Positions 17,954-26,372 of a DNA stretch of 64,000 nt are shown here, in pieces. The notes under the pieces were generated by a model, which saw only the letters and a program-made list of their open reading frames with translations, did no database searches and was not told the origin of the DNA. The position numbers were made by a program, and so were the translations under genes. Source of the DNA: an uncultured beta proteobacterium (GTDB taxonomy: Bacteria > Pseudomonadota > Gammaproteobacteria > Burkholderiales > SG8-41); NCBI GenBank assembly GCA_903889565.1, contig CAISYC010000049.1, positions 73,873-137,872 on the forward strand, written 5' to 3'. Position 1 is the first letter of the stretch, and each line of letters begins with the position of its first letter.

Positions 17954-18919
17954 CTACTGCGGCTCAATCCGGTTATCGCGTATCACCTTCGCCCAGCGCG
18001 CGATATCGCTCTTGATGCTCGCCGCAAATTCGGCCGGCGTGCTCGCCACCACATCCACGCCATCCTGCTCGAAGCGCTTGGCCACATCCGGCGCGCGCAT
18101 GGCCTTGGCGATGGCGTCGCTCAGTATCTGCACGATCGCCGGCGGGGTGGCGGCCGGCACCAGCATGCCCCACCAGCTTGAGAATTCGTAACCGCGCACC
18201 GTTTCGCCGATGGTCGGCAGATCCGGCAGGCTCGCCGAACGCTTGACGCTGGTGATCCCCAGCGCGCGCAGCTTGCCGGCCTGAACATGCGGCAGCGCCG
18301 GTTGCACGCCGATGAAACTCAGATCCGCCTCACCGCCCACCGTCGCGATCAGCGCCGCGCCGCCGCCCTTGTAAGGCACGTGAACGATATCGGTCTTGGT
18401 CAGATTCTTGAACAGCTCGGCGGCGACGTGCAGATTGGTGCCGATGCCCGCCGAGGAATAATTGAGCTTGCCCGGCCGCTGCTTGGCCAGCGCAATGAAC
18501 TCCGCCACCGTCTTCGCCGGCACCGACGGATGCACCACCAGCACGAACGGCGAACTTGCCAGCAACGACACCGGCGCGAAATCCTTCACCGTATCGTAGG
18601 GCAGTTTCTTGTAGAGACTCGGGTTGACCACGAACGGCAGCGTATTGAGCAGGATCGTGTGGCCGTCCGGCGCCGCATGCGCGACCACTTCGGTGCCGAT
18701 GCTGCCCGACGCCCCCGGCCGGTAATCGATCACGAACTGCTGGCCCAGCGACTGGCTGACGCGATCGAACACCAGACGCCCCAGCGAATCGAGACTGCCG
18801 CCGGGGGGATAAGGCAGGATGATGCGGACGACGTGGTTGGGGTAGGGTTGGGCAGACGCAAAACAGGCTGCGAACGCGCAATACACGGCAACAAATGCCG
18901 ACAATGCTTTGGCAAACAT
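17954..18919 (-). CDS. Bug/TctC-family substrate-binding protein
   Basis: 'YPNHVVRIILPYPPGGSLD', 'FVIDYRPGASG', 'HVPYKGGGA', 'PDLPTIGETV'. GAGGAG SD precedes ATG 18919. Confidence 0.9.
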   Translation of the reverse strand: MFAKALSAFVAVYCAFAACFASAQPYPNHVVRIILPYPPGGSLDSLGRLVFDRVSQSLGQQFVIDYRPGASGSIGTEVVAHAAPDGHTILLNTLPFVVNPSLYKKLPYDTVKDFAPVSLLASSPFVLVVHPSVPAKTVAEFIALAKQRPGKLNYSSAGIGTNLHVAAELFKNLTKTDIVHVPYKGGGAALIATVGGEADLSFIGVQPALPHVQAGKLRALGITSVKRSASLPDLPTIGETVRGYEFSSWWGMLVPAATPPAIVQILSDAIAKAMRAPDVAKRFEQDGVDVVASTPAEFAASIKSDIARWAKVIRDNRIEPQ

Positions 18920-18995
18920 TTTTACTCCTCAGTATTCGACCAGAATTATTGTTTTTTTGAAGAAACCTCGGGCAATTTATTTGCCCCAACATAAC

Positions 18996-19376
18996 TTAAG
19001 CGGCGTTCAGACTACGCCACCCCATTTCCTTCTGCAGTCGAGTGATCTGGCGCCTCAATCCTAATGCAGTAAGCGAACTCGGCCGTCCACCAATTCGAAA
19101 TTCGATATCAATCCAATTATGAGGAACTTCCGTAATAAGGTAGCAAACCCGGTTCACATGATGAGCGCCGGCAATAATCCACTGGAAAGAACCTGATTCA
19201 CCGTCAATCACTGTCCAAACATATGCCGGATCGTGATTCTTTACCGTTTCAAGATCTTTTCCAAATGACTCCAAGCCAAAACCGCCCCAAATTTCATATT
19301 GTGCGTCGGGGTGACGAAAAGGCTTGAAGTATTCGTAGAAAACATCCTCATGAAATACCGCCACCTCAATACTCAT
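18996..19376 (-). CDS. hypothetical protein (partner of DUF3883 nuclease)
   Basis: 126 aa from ATG 19374-19376, which overlaps the upstream gene's TGA as ATGA. Low-GC codon composition. No recognisable motif ('WTVIDGESGSFQWIIAGAHHVNRVCYLITEVPH'). Confidence 0.6.
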   Translation of the reverse strand: MSIEVAVFHEDVFYEYFKPFRHPDAQYEIWGGFGLESFGKDLETVKNHDPAYVWTVIDGESGSFQWIIAGAHHVNRVCYLITEVPHNWIDIEFRIGGRPSSLTALGLRRQITRLQKEMGWRSLNAA

Positions 19377-20224
19377 GAGAATCTGCCTTGATAAGTTATC
19401 GGATCTAAATGACAGTGTTTTTCTACTGCCCCCTTTAACGAGAATAAGCGCGGATCTTTCCGGAACTCGAATACACGATACAAATGGAAACAATCAGATT
19501 GGTTACGAGAAAATTCAACTTCATGCTTTGTGATGAAAAACGGCGTCTCTTTCCCGAATGAAGTGGTTTTGACCTCAATTAAACGATCACGTCCGTTCAA
19601 ATCGAAGGAGAGCACATCGAAACCAAGCCCATCGCCTCTCGTCTTTGAAACGTGCTCTACGTTGTCAGCCAGTTTCTTGTGACCAGCCGCGGATAGCCGC
19701 CATTTTTCATAATCCACTACAAATTCTTCACCGGCCAGACCCAATGAGGAGTTTTGCGCCTCCCTGCCGATGTAGTCACGCTTTACAACTTGTTTCGTTT
19801 CCCAAGCGTAATTTGCAGACTTTGCGTCACGAGCGGAATACTTTAGCTGAGGCGGCGCCTCAAGCAATTTCTCGAAATCTTTTATTAGCGGAGTGGTCGC
19901 GGGCATCTTCACCGCCGCTAGCGCAGTACGGTCGAGCTTCGTATCAGCTTTCAGACGGTCCGCGATCACATCGAAAAGCAGTGCCTGATAATTTCCCATT
20001 GGCTTGTATCCCGATATATAGGGATAGCCGAAATGGATAAGAATTGCACTGATGTTTTGATGCTTTAGTTCAACTGCGGCAGGTGTCCGTTGGTCCAGCT
20101 TTTGCAGCAAGGCACGCCGATGTTCCGTCTTATTAAACTGCTGCCCAGCAAGCTCAAGTGTGAGCATGTGAAAGTAGTCGGCAACCGTCGCCTCCACTTC
20201 TTCCCTTGTCCATGCCCGACTCAT
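19373..20224 (-). CDS. DUF3883/NOV_C-type PD-(D/E)xK nuclease-domain protein with uncharacterised N-terminal domain
   Basis: C-terminal 'GLAGEEFVVDYEKWRL...GDGLGFDVLSFDLNGRDRLIEVKTTSFGKETPFFITKHEVEFS...FHLYRVFEF' carries a D...ExK core and the DUF3883-type tail. N-terminus reads 'WTREEVEATVADYFHML...RTPAAVELKHQNISAIL...GYKPMGNYQ'. The gene is low-GC. Confidence 0.7.
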   Translation of the reverse strand: MSRAWTREEVEATVADYFHMLTLELAGQQFNKTEHRRALLQKLDQRTPAAVELKHQNISAILIHFGYPYISGYKPMGNYQALLFDVIADRLKADTKLDRTALAAVKMPATTPLIKDFEKLLEAPPQLKYSARDAKSANYAWETKQVVKRDYIGREAQNSSLGLAGEEFVVDYEKWRLSAAGHKKLADNVEHVSKTRGDGLGFDVLSFDLNGRDRLIEVKTTSFGKETPFFITKHEVEFSRNQSDCFHLYRVFEFRKDPRLFSLKGAVEKHCHLDPITYQGRFS

Positions 20225-20301
20225 TTTGGCTTCAATTACTCTTTCAAATAGAACTTTTCTACATCATATCTAAAAACTCAATTAAAACCACATCCAAAAC
20301 T

Positions 20302-21564
20302 CTACGGCCTCCGCCGCTCCCCCGTCACAATCCGCGAACTCCGCTCGAACGTCCAATACGCCCACGCCCAGTCGATCATGACGATGATGCGGTTGCGAAA
20401 GCCGATCAGATACCAGATGTGGGCGATCAGCCACAGCAGCCACGCCGGATATCCCGAGAGCTTGACCTTGCCGAGCACAGCGACAGCCGAATTGCGGCCG
20501 ATGGTGGCGAGCATGCCGTAGTCCTTGTAGCAGAACGGCGCCACGCTCTGCCCTTTCAACTGCTGCAAAATTTTATGCGCGGCATAGCTGCCCATCTGCT
20601 TGGCGGCGGGCGCGATGCCGGGCACCGGCGGCTGGTGCCACGGCAGCGTGGCGAGATCGCCGATCACCGTCACTTCGGGGTGGCCGGGAATCGACAGGTC
20701 TTCGCCGACGATCACGCGGCCGGCGCGGTCGCGCGGCACCTCGAGGCTCGCGCCCAAAGGTGAAGCAGCCACACCCGCCGCCCACACCACGGTGTGCGCC
20801 ACCAGCGTGTCGCCGCCCATTTGCACGCCGCGCTCGTCGATGCCGGTGACCTGCCGGCCAAGCCAGACGGTGACACCGAGACTTTCGAGTTGCAGGCGCG
20901 CCTGTTCGGAGAGCGAAGCCGGATAGGTCGGCAGCACGCGGTCACTGCCTTCGACGAGCACGATGCGCGCATTGCGCGGATCGAAGCGGCGGAATTCGCC
21001 GCGCAGCGTGTGACGCGCGATCTCGGCGAAAGCGCCGGCGAGTTCGACGCCGGTGGCGCCGGCGCCGATCACCACGAAGGTCAGCCACGCCGCGCGTTTG
21101 GCGAGATCGGTTTCGCGCTCGGCGTGCTCGAAAGCCAGCAGCACGCGGCGGCGGATTTCATAGGCGTCGTCGAGCGTTTTAAGGCTCGGCGCGTGCTGTT
21201 CCCATTCATTGTGGCCAAAGTAGCTGTTGGTGGCACCGGTGGCGACGATCAACTGGTCGTAGGCGATTTCATCGTCGCCGTCGAGCACCACCGCGCGTCG
21301 CGCCATATCGATGCGCTGCACGTCGCCGCAGATCACCGTCGCGTTGCTTTGCGACGCGAGGATGTTGCGGATGGGCGCGGCCACCGCCGGCGCCGACAGC
21401 CCCGCGGTGGCAACCTGATAGAGCAGCGGCTGAAACAGATGATGGTTGGTGCGGTCGACCACCGTCACTTCGACCGGCGCGCCGTCGAGCGACTTGGCCG
21501 CGAAAAGGCCGCCGAAGCCGCAGCCGAGAATCACCACACGGGGGAGTTTGCCGGAAGGAGTCAT
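20302..21564 (-). CDS. ndh: type II NADH:quinone oxidoreductase (NDH-2)
   Basis: Two dinucleotide folds ('VVILGCGFGGLFAAKSL' and 'FVVIGAGATGVELAG'). 420 aa with a C-terminal hydrophobic tail. Confidence 0.85.
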   Translation of the reverse strand: MTPSGKLPRVVILGCGFGGLFAAKSLDGAPVEVTVVDRTNHHLFQPLLYQVATAGLSAPAVAAPIRNILASQSNATVICGDVQRIDMARRAVVLDGDDEIAYDQLIVATGATNSYFGHNEWEQHAPSLKTLDDAYEIRRRVLLAFEHAERETDLAKRAAWLTFVVIGAGATGVELAGAFAEIARHTLRGEFRRFDPRNARIVLVEGSDRVLPTYPASLSEQARLQLESLGVTVWLGRQVTGIDERGVQMGGDTLVAHTVVWAAGVAASPLGASLEVPRDRAGRVIVGEDLSIPGHPEVTVIGDLATLPWHQPPVPGIAPAAKQMGSYAAHKILQQLKGQSVAPFCYKDYGMLATIGRNSAVAVLGKVKLSGYPAWLLWLIAHIWYLIGFRNRIIVMIDWAWAYWTFERSSRIVTGERRRP

Positions 21565-21617
21565 GGGTTTATCCGATTTCGTGCAAGGATGTCATGCGAA
21601 CGGCCTTGTGCCACGCC

Positions 21618-22001
21618 TCAGCCGCGGTTCTTTTCTTCGAGCCGCGCCTTCAGATCGGCAAACGGATTGAAGGTCGAGGCCGGCAGCGCATTGCCGCTGT
21701 CGCTGCGCCCGGCGGAATCTTTCAGCTTGGAGTGTTCGTGCTCGTGGCAATAGGTGCAGAGCAGTTCCCAGTTGCTGCCGTCGGCGGGATTGTCGTCGTG
21801 ATTGCCGTTCTTGTGATGCACTTCGAGCAGCTGCAGATTGGTGTGGGTGAAAGTGCGCGCGCAACCACCGCAGACCCACGGATACATTTTGAGCGCCCGC
21901 TCGCGATAGCCCGTCGCGCGCTGGTCAGCATTGCGACGCGCATCGCGAACAACCTGATCGAGACGTTTGGGGGGCGTGGGCATGGCACAAGCTTCGGCCA
22001 T
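21618..22001 (-). CDS. yajD: YajD-family HNH nuclease
   Basis: 'YRERALKMYPWVCGGCARTF...LEVHHKNGNHDDNPADGSNWELLCTYCHEHEHSK' closely parallels E. coli YajD. The start may be ATG 21983. Confidence 0.8.
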   Translation of the reverse strand: MAEACAMPTPPKRLDQVVRDARRNADQRATGYRERALKMYPWVCGGCARTFTHTNLQLLEVHHKNGNHDDNPADGSNWELLCTYCHEHEHSKLKDSAGRSDSGNALPASTFNPFADLKARLEEKNRG

Positions 22002-22087
22002 GCGGTGGGTGGCGTCAAGTTGATGCGCCTTTACCCTGCCCTCTGCCCACGGGCGGGGTGCGGTTGGTCATTCGCACCCAATCCCTG

Positions 22088-22110
22088 CCTTCCCCCTCGA
22101 GGGGGGAAGG
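22088..22110. repeat. C/G-tract palindromic REP
   Basis: ccttccccctcgaggggggaagg, immediately downstream of the ancestral parE stop. Confidence 0.75.
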
Positions 22111-22116
22111 GGAAGA

Positions 22117-22413
22117 TCAGGGTCTACGATGCCAGATCGCAGGGTTGCGGCGGCCGTGAAACACGGCCAGCACCACCATCGAATCTGAACGAATGCGGAA
22201 ATAAATCGATTAGGGAAAGCGGCGGGCGACGGTGCGGTGAACGTCGCCGAAAACAACCGGATATCTCAATGGCGCCGATGCAGCGCTCGACAGTGACTGT
22301 TCAATCTCATATATGAACTCTTCGCCGAGACCCCGACGCTGTCCGTCATACCAGAGTGCTGCCTCTTCAAACTCGCGTATCGCAGCGCGCCGAAAAGCGA
22401 CGCGATAGCTCAT
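22117..22413 (-). pseudogene. parE: ParE/RelE-family toxin interrupted by in-frame TAA
   Basis: 67-aa N-terminal part ends '...VARRFP' at TAA 22210-22212. The same frame continues 'SIYFRIRSDSMVVLAVFHGRRNPAIWHRRP' to TGA 22117-22119. The stop replaces the conserved Tyr of 'RFPY.I.Y'. Confidence 0.75.
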
Positions 22414-22640
22414 CGCGCGAGGCGCGCCCGAAGCGACGCCTTGACATCATCCCACGGCAAAACATCCGCCGGAAACGCATCGTCATCAGCGACACGGCGA
22501 TCAAGCTCCGCGCGTTGCTCATCTGTCAACGGAAACGCTTTTGCATCAACGCAAATAGACGCCCAGATTTCTTCGACGAGGGCCAGTTTTTCATCGGTAT
22601 CAAGCCGATCAATTCCCAGAGTCTTAACGGAAACAGTCAT
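22410..22640 (-). CDS. addiction-module antitoxin (Unstab_antitox-like)
   Basis: 'LDTDEKLALVEEIWASI...LTDEQRAELDRRV' is typical of this antitoxin class. GGAGG SD lies 5 nt before ATG 22640. Its stop overlaps the parE start as ATGA. Confidence 0.7.
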   Translation of the reverse strand: MTVSVKTLGIDRLDTDEKLALVEEIWASICVDAKAFPLTDEQRAELDRRVADDDAFPADVLPWDDVKASLRARLAR

Positions 22641-22716
22641 TTTCACCTCCGTCAAAAATGGCAATTTAGCACGCGATTGCGGCTCCGGGTTGGACAGCGC
22701 ATTTACGCCAGTCGAA

Positions 22717-23127
22717 TCAAACGCCGTGCAGAATGTTCTGCAATACCCAGGTTTGCGGGGCCGGCGACAGCAAATGCAGCACCGCGGTGCTGACCGCTGC
22801 GCTGATCACGCTTTGCGCAATCAGGCTGGTTTTGTAACGCGCGGCGAGCCAGATGCCGCCGAGCGCGAGCCACACCGCCAGCGCAAGGCACAGCAGGGCC
22901 TCGATCGGCGGCGCGACCGGATTGCCGTCGAAGGGAAACACCCAGACCAGAATCTCCGGCACGGATGACACATTCATCAAGACCGCGATCGGCGCCAGCC
23001 ACAACAGTGCCGCCACTGGCACCGCCGCGCGCAAGCCGTACTGTTTGAGCACGATCGGGCCGGCGAGCGCCTGCAGCGTCAGCGGGATCACCACCAGACT
23101 GCCTAACCAGAACGCGTAAATTTCCAT
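22717..23127 (-). CDS. hypothetical 4-TM membrane protein (paralog of 8374..8787)
   Basis: GAGGAGAA SD precedes ATG 23127. Roughly half of positions are identical by eye to 8374..8787. Confidence 0.65.
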   Translation of the reverse strand: MEIYAFWLGSLVVIPLTLQALAGPIVLKQYGLRAAVPVAALLWLAPIAVLMNVSSVPEILVWVFPFDGNPVAPPIEALLCLALAVWLALGGIWLAARYKTSLIAQSVISAAVSTAVLHLLSPAPQTWVLQNILHGV

Positions 23128-23517
23128 CTTATTCTCCTCAGTGCAGGCGCGGCCGCGAACGGCCGGCATGGCATTGGGGCCGGCGAATCGCCTGTGCACG
23201 GCCATCGTCATGTATTAACGGCAGGCGCCGGCCACAACTGTAGCGATGGCCCGGTGATCCGGTCACCGGAACACAATGGCGCGGAGATTTTCTGGCGGGA
23301 GGGAATGGCGCGTGCCCGGCGAGCGATCGCGCCTGCATGCAATCCCGCCGTCATGGGGCTCCGCCCTGTAGACCGGTGACTTTGCGCCCCCGCCTTTTGG
23401 CCGGGTTTGCCTTTTGATGCACGAGCATCCTATTGCCGGGCGGCCCTGCGGTCGATGACTTATGACCGCTTTTTGCAGATTAATGCCAGTGCAACCGGTG
23501 ACCGAAGTCACGGCGCG

Positions 23518-25173
23518 TCATGGCTTGAACACCACCGGCGCCAGCGTGTTCTGATCGATCATCACATCGACGATCGCCGGCTTGCCGCTGGCGAAGGCGC
23601 GCTGCAGGGCGCCTTCCAACTCTTCAGGCTTGGTCACATGCTCACCATGCGCGCCGAATACTTTGGCCAGCGCGCCGAAATCCGGATTGTTGTAATCGAC
23701 CGCAAAGAAGCGTCCGCCGTAGCGCTCGTTCTGGAACGCGCGCTCGTTGCCGAGGCCCTGATCGTTGAACACCACATACACGACCGGAATTTTTTCGCGC
23801 ATCGCGGTTTCGAGTTCGCCGATGTTGCACATGGCGCCCATGTCGCCGGAGGCGCACAGCACCGGCCGGTCCGGCCGCGCGAGCTTGGCGCCCAGTGCAA
23901 TCGGAAACGAACCGCCGACCGAGGCCCAGTCGTCGATGCACATGAAGGTGCCGGGCTCCCAGCTCTTGAAATAACTGCGCACGTGCTTGCCGCCGTTGCC
24001 GGCATCGACCACACAGAGGCCGTTCTGCGGCAGCACCTTGCGGATCATGTGCGCGACGAACTGCGATTGGATCGGCACCGCGGTGTGATTGACCACCCCC
24101 TGCAATTCGGTTTCCCACTCGGCGCGCGCTTTCGCCACATCGACCCAGCATTTGACGAGTTTCGCTTTGGCGGCGCGTTCGGTCAGGCCGGCAATAAAAC
24201 TCGCGGTCGAACCGGTCACGCCCACCGTCACCGGAAACACGATGCCGATCTGGCCGGCGGCGGCGCTGTGATGCACGAGCTTTGCCTTCTCACTGAACAC
24301 GCCGTACTTGTGCGTGGTCGAGAAGGTATCGATATGCGCGCCGATGGTGATGATGAGATCGGCTTGCGGCACGATGCGGTTGGCGCTGCCGAAACCGTTG
24401 CGACCGAGCGGGCCGAGGGCCAATGCATGCGAGGTCGGAAACGCATCGGGCGAATACTGCAGCGCGCCGACCGGAATGCCGGTTTGTTCGGCGAGCGCCG
24501 CCATTGCCGGCACGGCGTTTTCACTGATCAGGCCGCGGCCGACCACGAACACCGGCTGCTTGGCCGCTTTGAGCAGCGCGAATACTTCATCGAGCTGCGC
24601 GGCGTTGCAGGTCGGCAGCACCTGATTGCGATAGGCGGCCGGCGCAGTGGCCTCGACCGCGGTCTGTTCAAGCAGGATTTCGCTCGACGCCTCGATGTGC
24701 GTCGGCCCCTGCGGCTCGGTCAGCGCGACGCGAAAGGCCTTGCGCACGAGTTCCTGCACCTTGCCGACGTTCGGAATGCTGTAGGCCCATTTGGTCAGCG
24801 GCTTCATGAAAGTGACCTGATCCATGTCCTGCGTCGAATCGCGCTCGCGCACCACGCTTTCCTGCACGCCGCAGATGCTGATCACCGGCACGTTGCCGCG
24901 ATGCGCGGCGGCGATGCCGGTGGCGAGATTGGTCACGCCCGGCCCTTCGGTCGCCGTGACCACCGCCGGGCGGCCCGAGGCGCGCGCAAAGCCGTACGCC
25001 ATGAAGGCCGCACCCTGCTCGTGGCGCGTGAGGATGAAGCGGATCTGCAGGGTCGCGCGCAGCTCGTCGAGGATGGCGAGATTCTGCGTGCCCGGAATGC
25101 CGAACACGTGATCGATGTTTTCGCGCAGCAAGGCATCGACGAGTGCGCGGGCGCCGGTGGTTTTGGTGGTCAT
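23518..25173 (-). CDS. thiamine-pyrophosphate-dependent enzyme (acetolactate-synthase-like)
   Basis: N-terminal 'GARALVDALLRENIDHVFGIPGTQNLAILDEL'. C-terminal ThDP motif region 'SGDMGAMCNIGELETA...VVYVVFNDQG'. Confidence 0.85.
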   Translation of the reverse strand: MTTKTTGARALVDALLRENIDHVFGIPGTQNLAILDELRATLQIRFILTRHEQGAAFMAYGFARASGRPAVVTATEGPGVTNLATGIAAAHRGNVPVISICGVQESVVRERDSTQDMDQVTFMKPLTKWAYSIPNVGKVQELVRKAFRVALTEPQGPTHIEASSEILLEQTAVEATAPAAYRNQVLPTCNAAQLDEVFALLKAAKQPVFVVGRGLISENAVPAMAALAEQTGIPVGALQYSPDAFPTSHALALGPLGRNGFGSANRIVPQADLIITIGAHIDTFSTTHKYGVFSEKAKLVHHSAAAGQIGIVFPVTVGVTGSTASFIAGLTERAAKAKLVKCWVDVAKARAEWETELQGVVNHTAVPIQSQFVAHMIRKVLPQNGLCVVDAGNGGKHVRSYFKSWEPGTFMCIDDWASVGGSFPIALGAKLARPDRPVLCASGDMGAMCNIGELETAMREKIPVVYVVFNDQGLGNERAFQNERYGGRFFAVDYNNPDFGALAKVFGAHGEHVTKPEELEGALQRAFASGKPAIVDVMIDQNTLAPVVFKP

Positions 25174-25225
25174 TTTTATATCCTGATTTTCGAGTCGCTC
25201 TGTTGCTTTCTTGCCCCCATCCTGC

Positions 25226-25307
25226 CCTTCCCCCGCTGGCGCAGGGGAAGGAACCCGATACGAGGCCTTTGATTTTTACTCCCTCCCCTGCGCCAGCGGG
25301 GGGAGGG
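25226..25307. repeat. inverted pair of C/G-tract palindromic REPs
   Basis: ccttcccccgctggcgcaggggaagg (25226-25251) and ccctcccctgcgccagcggggggaggg (25281-25307). Their loops are reverse complements of each other. Confidence 0.8.
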
Positions 25308-25329
25308 TTGGGGTGGGGGCAACAATGAT

Positions 25330-25351
25330 GCAGGCGGGTCGCCTGCGCTAC
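25330..25351 (-). repeat. REP family 'GTAGCGCAGGCG-N-CGCCTGC'
   Basis: The reverse complement reads gtagcgcaggcgacccgcctgc. It abuts the stop codon of 25352..26275. Confidence 0.8.
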
Positions 25352-26275
25352 TCAACGCACCTTCAACACCAGCTTGCCGCGAAAATGCCGGCCCTTGCTC
25401 ACCGCATTGGCTTTCGCCGCCTCGGCGAGCGGAAACACCGTAATCTCCGGCAGCTTGACGGCGCCGCTGGCGATCAGCGCAGAGATGCGGTCGAGATGCG
25501 CGCGGTCGCGGCCGACTTTCGGGCGCAGGCCCTTGACGTCGGTGCGCGGCGTCGCCGGCGCGTTCGCACCCGAGGCGATGAAGGCGGCGCGGCCGCCGGG
25601 CTTCAGCACCAGATAGGAACGCGTGGCAACCTCACCGCCGACGGTGTCGAACACCGCATCGACGTTCGACAAAATTTTGGTGAAGTCGTTCTTGTTGTAG
25701 TCGATGACCTGATCGGCGCCGAGCGACTTGACGTAATCGATGTTGGCCGCACTGGTGGTGGTGATGACGCGCGCCCCGATATGCTTGGCAGCCTGAATGG
25801 CGAAACTCGCCACCCCGCCGGCGCCGCCCTGAATCAATACGGTTTCGCCGGCCTTGACCTGCAGCGTGTCTTCGATCGACACCAGCGCGGTGAGGCCGAT
25901 CAGCGAGACTGCGGCGGCTTCGACGTGCGAGAGCGTGGCCGGTTTCTTCGCGATGATGGATTCGTTGATCGCGACTTTTTCCGCGTAGGCCGCTTCGGTG
26001 CCGACATCGCAGACGCCGAAGACTGCATCGCCGACCTTGAAATCCTTCACGCCTTCGCCGAGCGCGCTCACCACGCCGGAGAAATCGCGGCCCGGGCTGT
26101 ACGGGAAAAATCCCACCGGCCCGTACGATCCCGCGACCACGCGCCAGTCGGCGCCGTTGACGCTCGCCGCATGCACGTCAATCAGCACCTGACCCGCGCC
26201 CAGTACGGGGTCCTTGTATTCACCGTATTGCAGTTCCTCGGGGCCGCCGTGTTTGGTAAAGAATGCTGCTTTCAT
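25352..26275 (-). CDS. NADPH:quinone oxidoreductase / MDR-family zinc-type alcohol dehydrogenase-like protein
   Basis: 'MKAAFFTKHGGPEELQYGEYKDPVLGAGQVLIDVHAASVNGADW', 'GETVLIQGGAGGVASFAIQ'. Confidence 0.85.
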   Translation of the reverse strand: MKAAFFTKHGGPEELQYGEYKDPVLGAGQVLIDVHAASVNGADWRVVAGSYGPVGFFPYSPGRDFSGVVSALGEGVKDFKVGDAVFGVCDVGTEAAYAEKVAINESIIAKKPATLSHVEAAAVSLIGLTALVSIEDTLQVKAGETVLIQGGAGGVASFAIQAAKHIGARVITTTSAANIDYVKSLGADQVIDYNKNDFTKILSNVDAVFDTVGGEVATRSYLVLKPGGRAAFIASGANAPATPRTDVKGLRPKVGRDRAHLDRISALIASGAVKLPEITVFPLAEAAKANAVSKGRHFRGKLVLKVR

Positions 26276-26301
26276 TTGTGCTCTCCGGTTAAATTGGTCT
26301 T

Positions 26302-26323
26302 ATAGCGCAGGCGACCCGCCTGC
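26302..26323 (+). repeat. REP family 'GTAGCGCAGGCG-N-CGCCTGC'
   Basis: atagcgcaggcgacccgcctgc, followed by a T-run. Identical to the 25330 copy except for the first base. Confidence 0.8.
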
Positions 26324-26337
26324 TGTTTTTTTTCGAT

Positions 26338-26372
26338 GCAGGCCGAATTTTCGAAAATGCGGCCTGCGCTAC
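26338..26372 (-). repeat. REP family variant (longer loop)
   Basis: gcaggccgaattttcgaaaatgcggcctgcgctac. It ends in the GTAG complement and abuts the stop of 26373..27221. Confidence 0.7.

Noticed and set aside
18920-20301. Integrase, tRNA attachment site or direct repeats bounding the low-GC islet
   Set aside because: I looked at both junctions and found only a small hairpin (gggcaa-tttat-ttgccc, ~18973-18989) after the partner gene. No flanking direct repeats or recombinase are present, so the mobility mechanism is unknown.
23407-25272. 621-aa plus-strand ORF
   Set aside because: It is entirely antisense to the TPP enzyme gene (23518..25173), which has unmistakable motifs. It has no motifs of its own.
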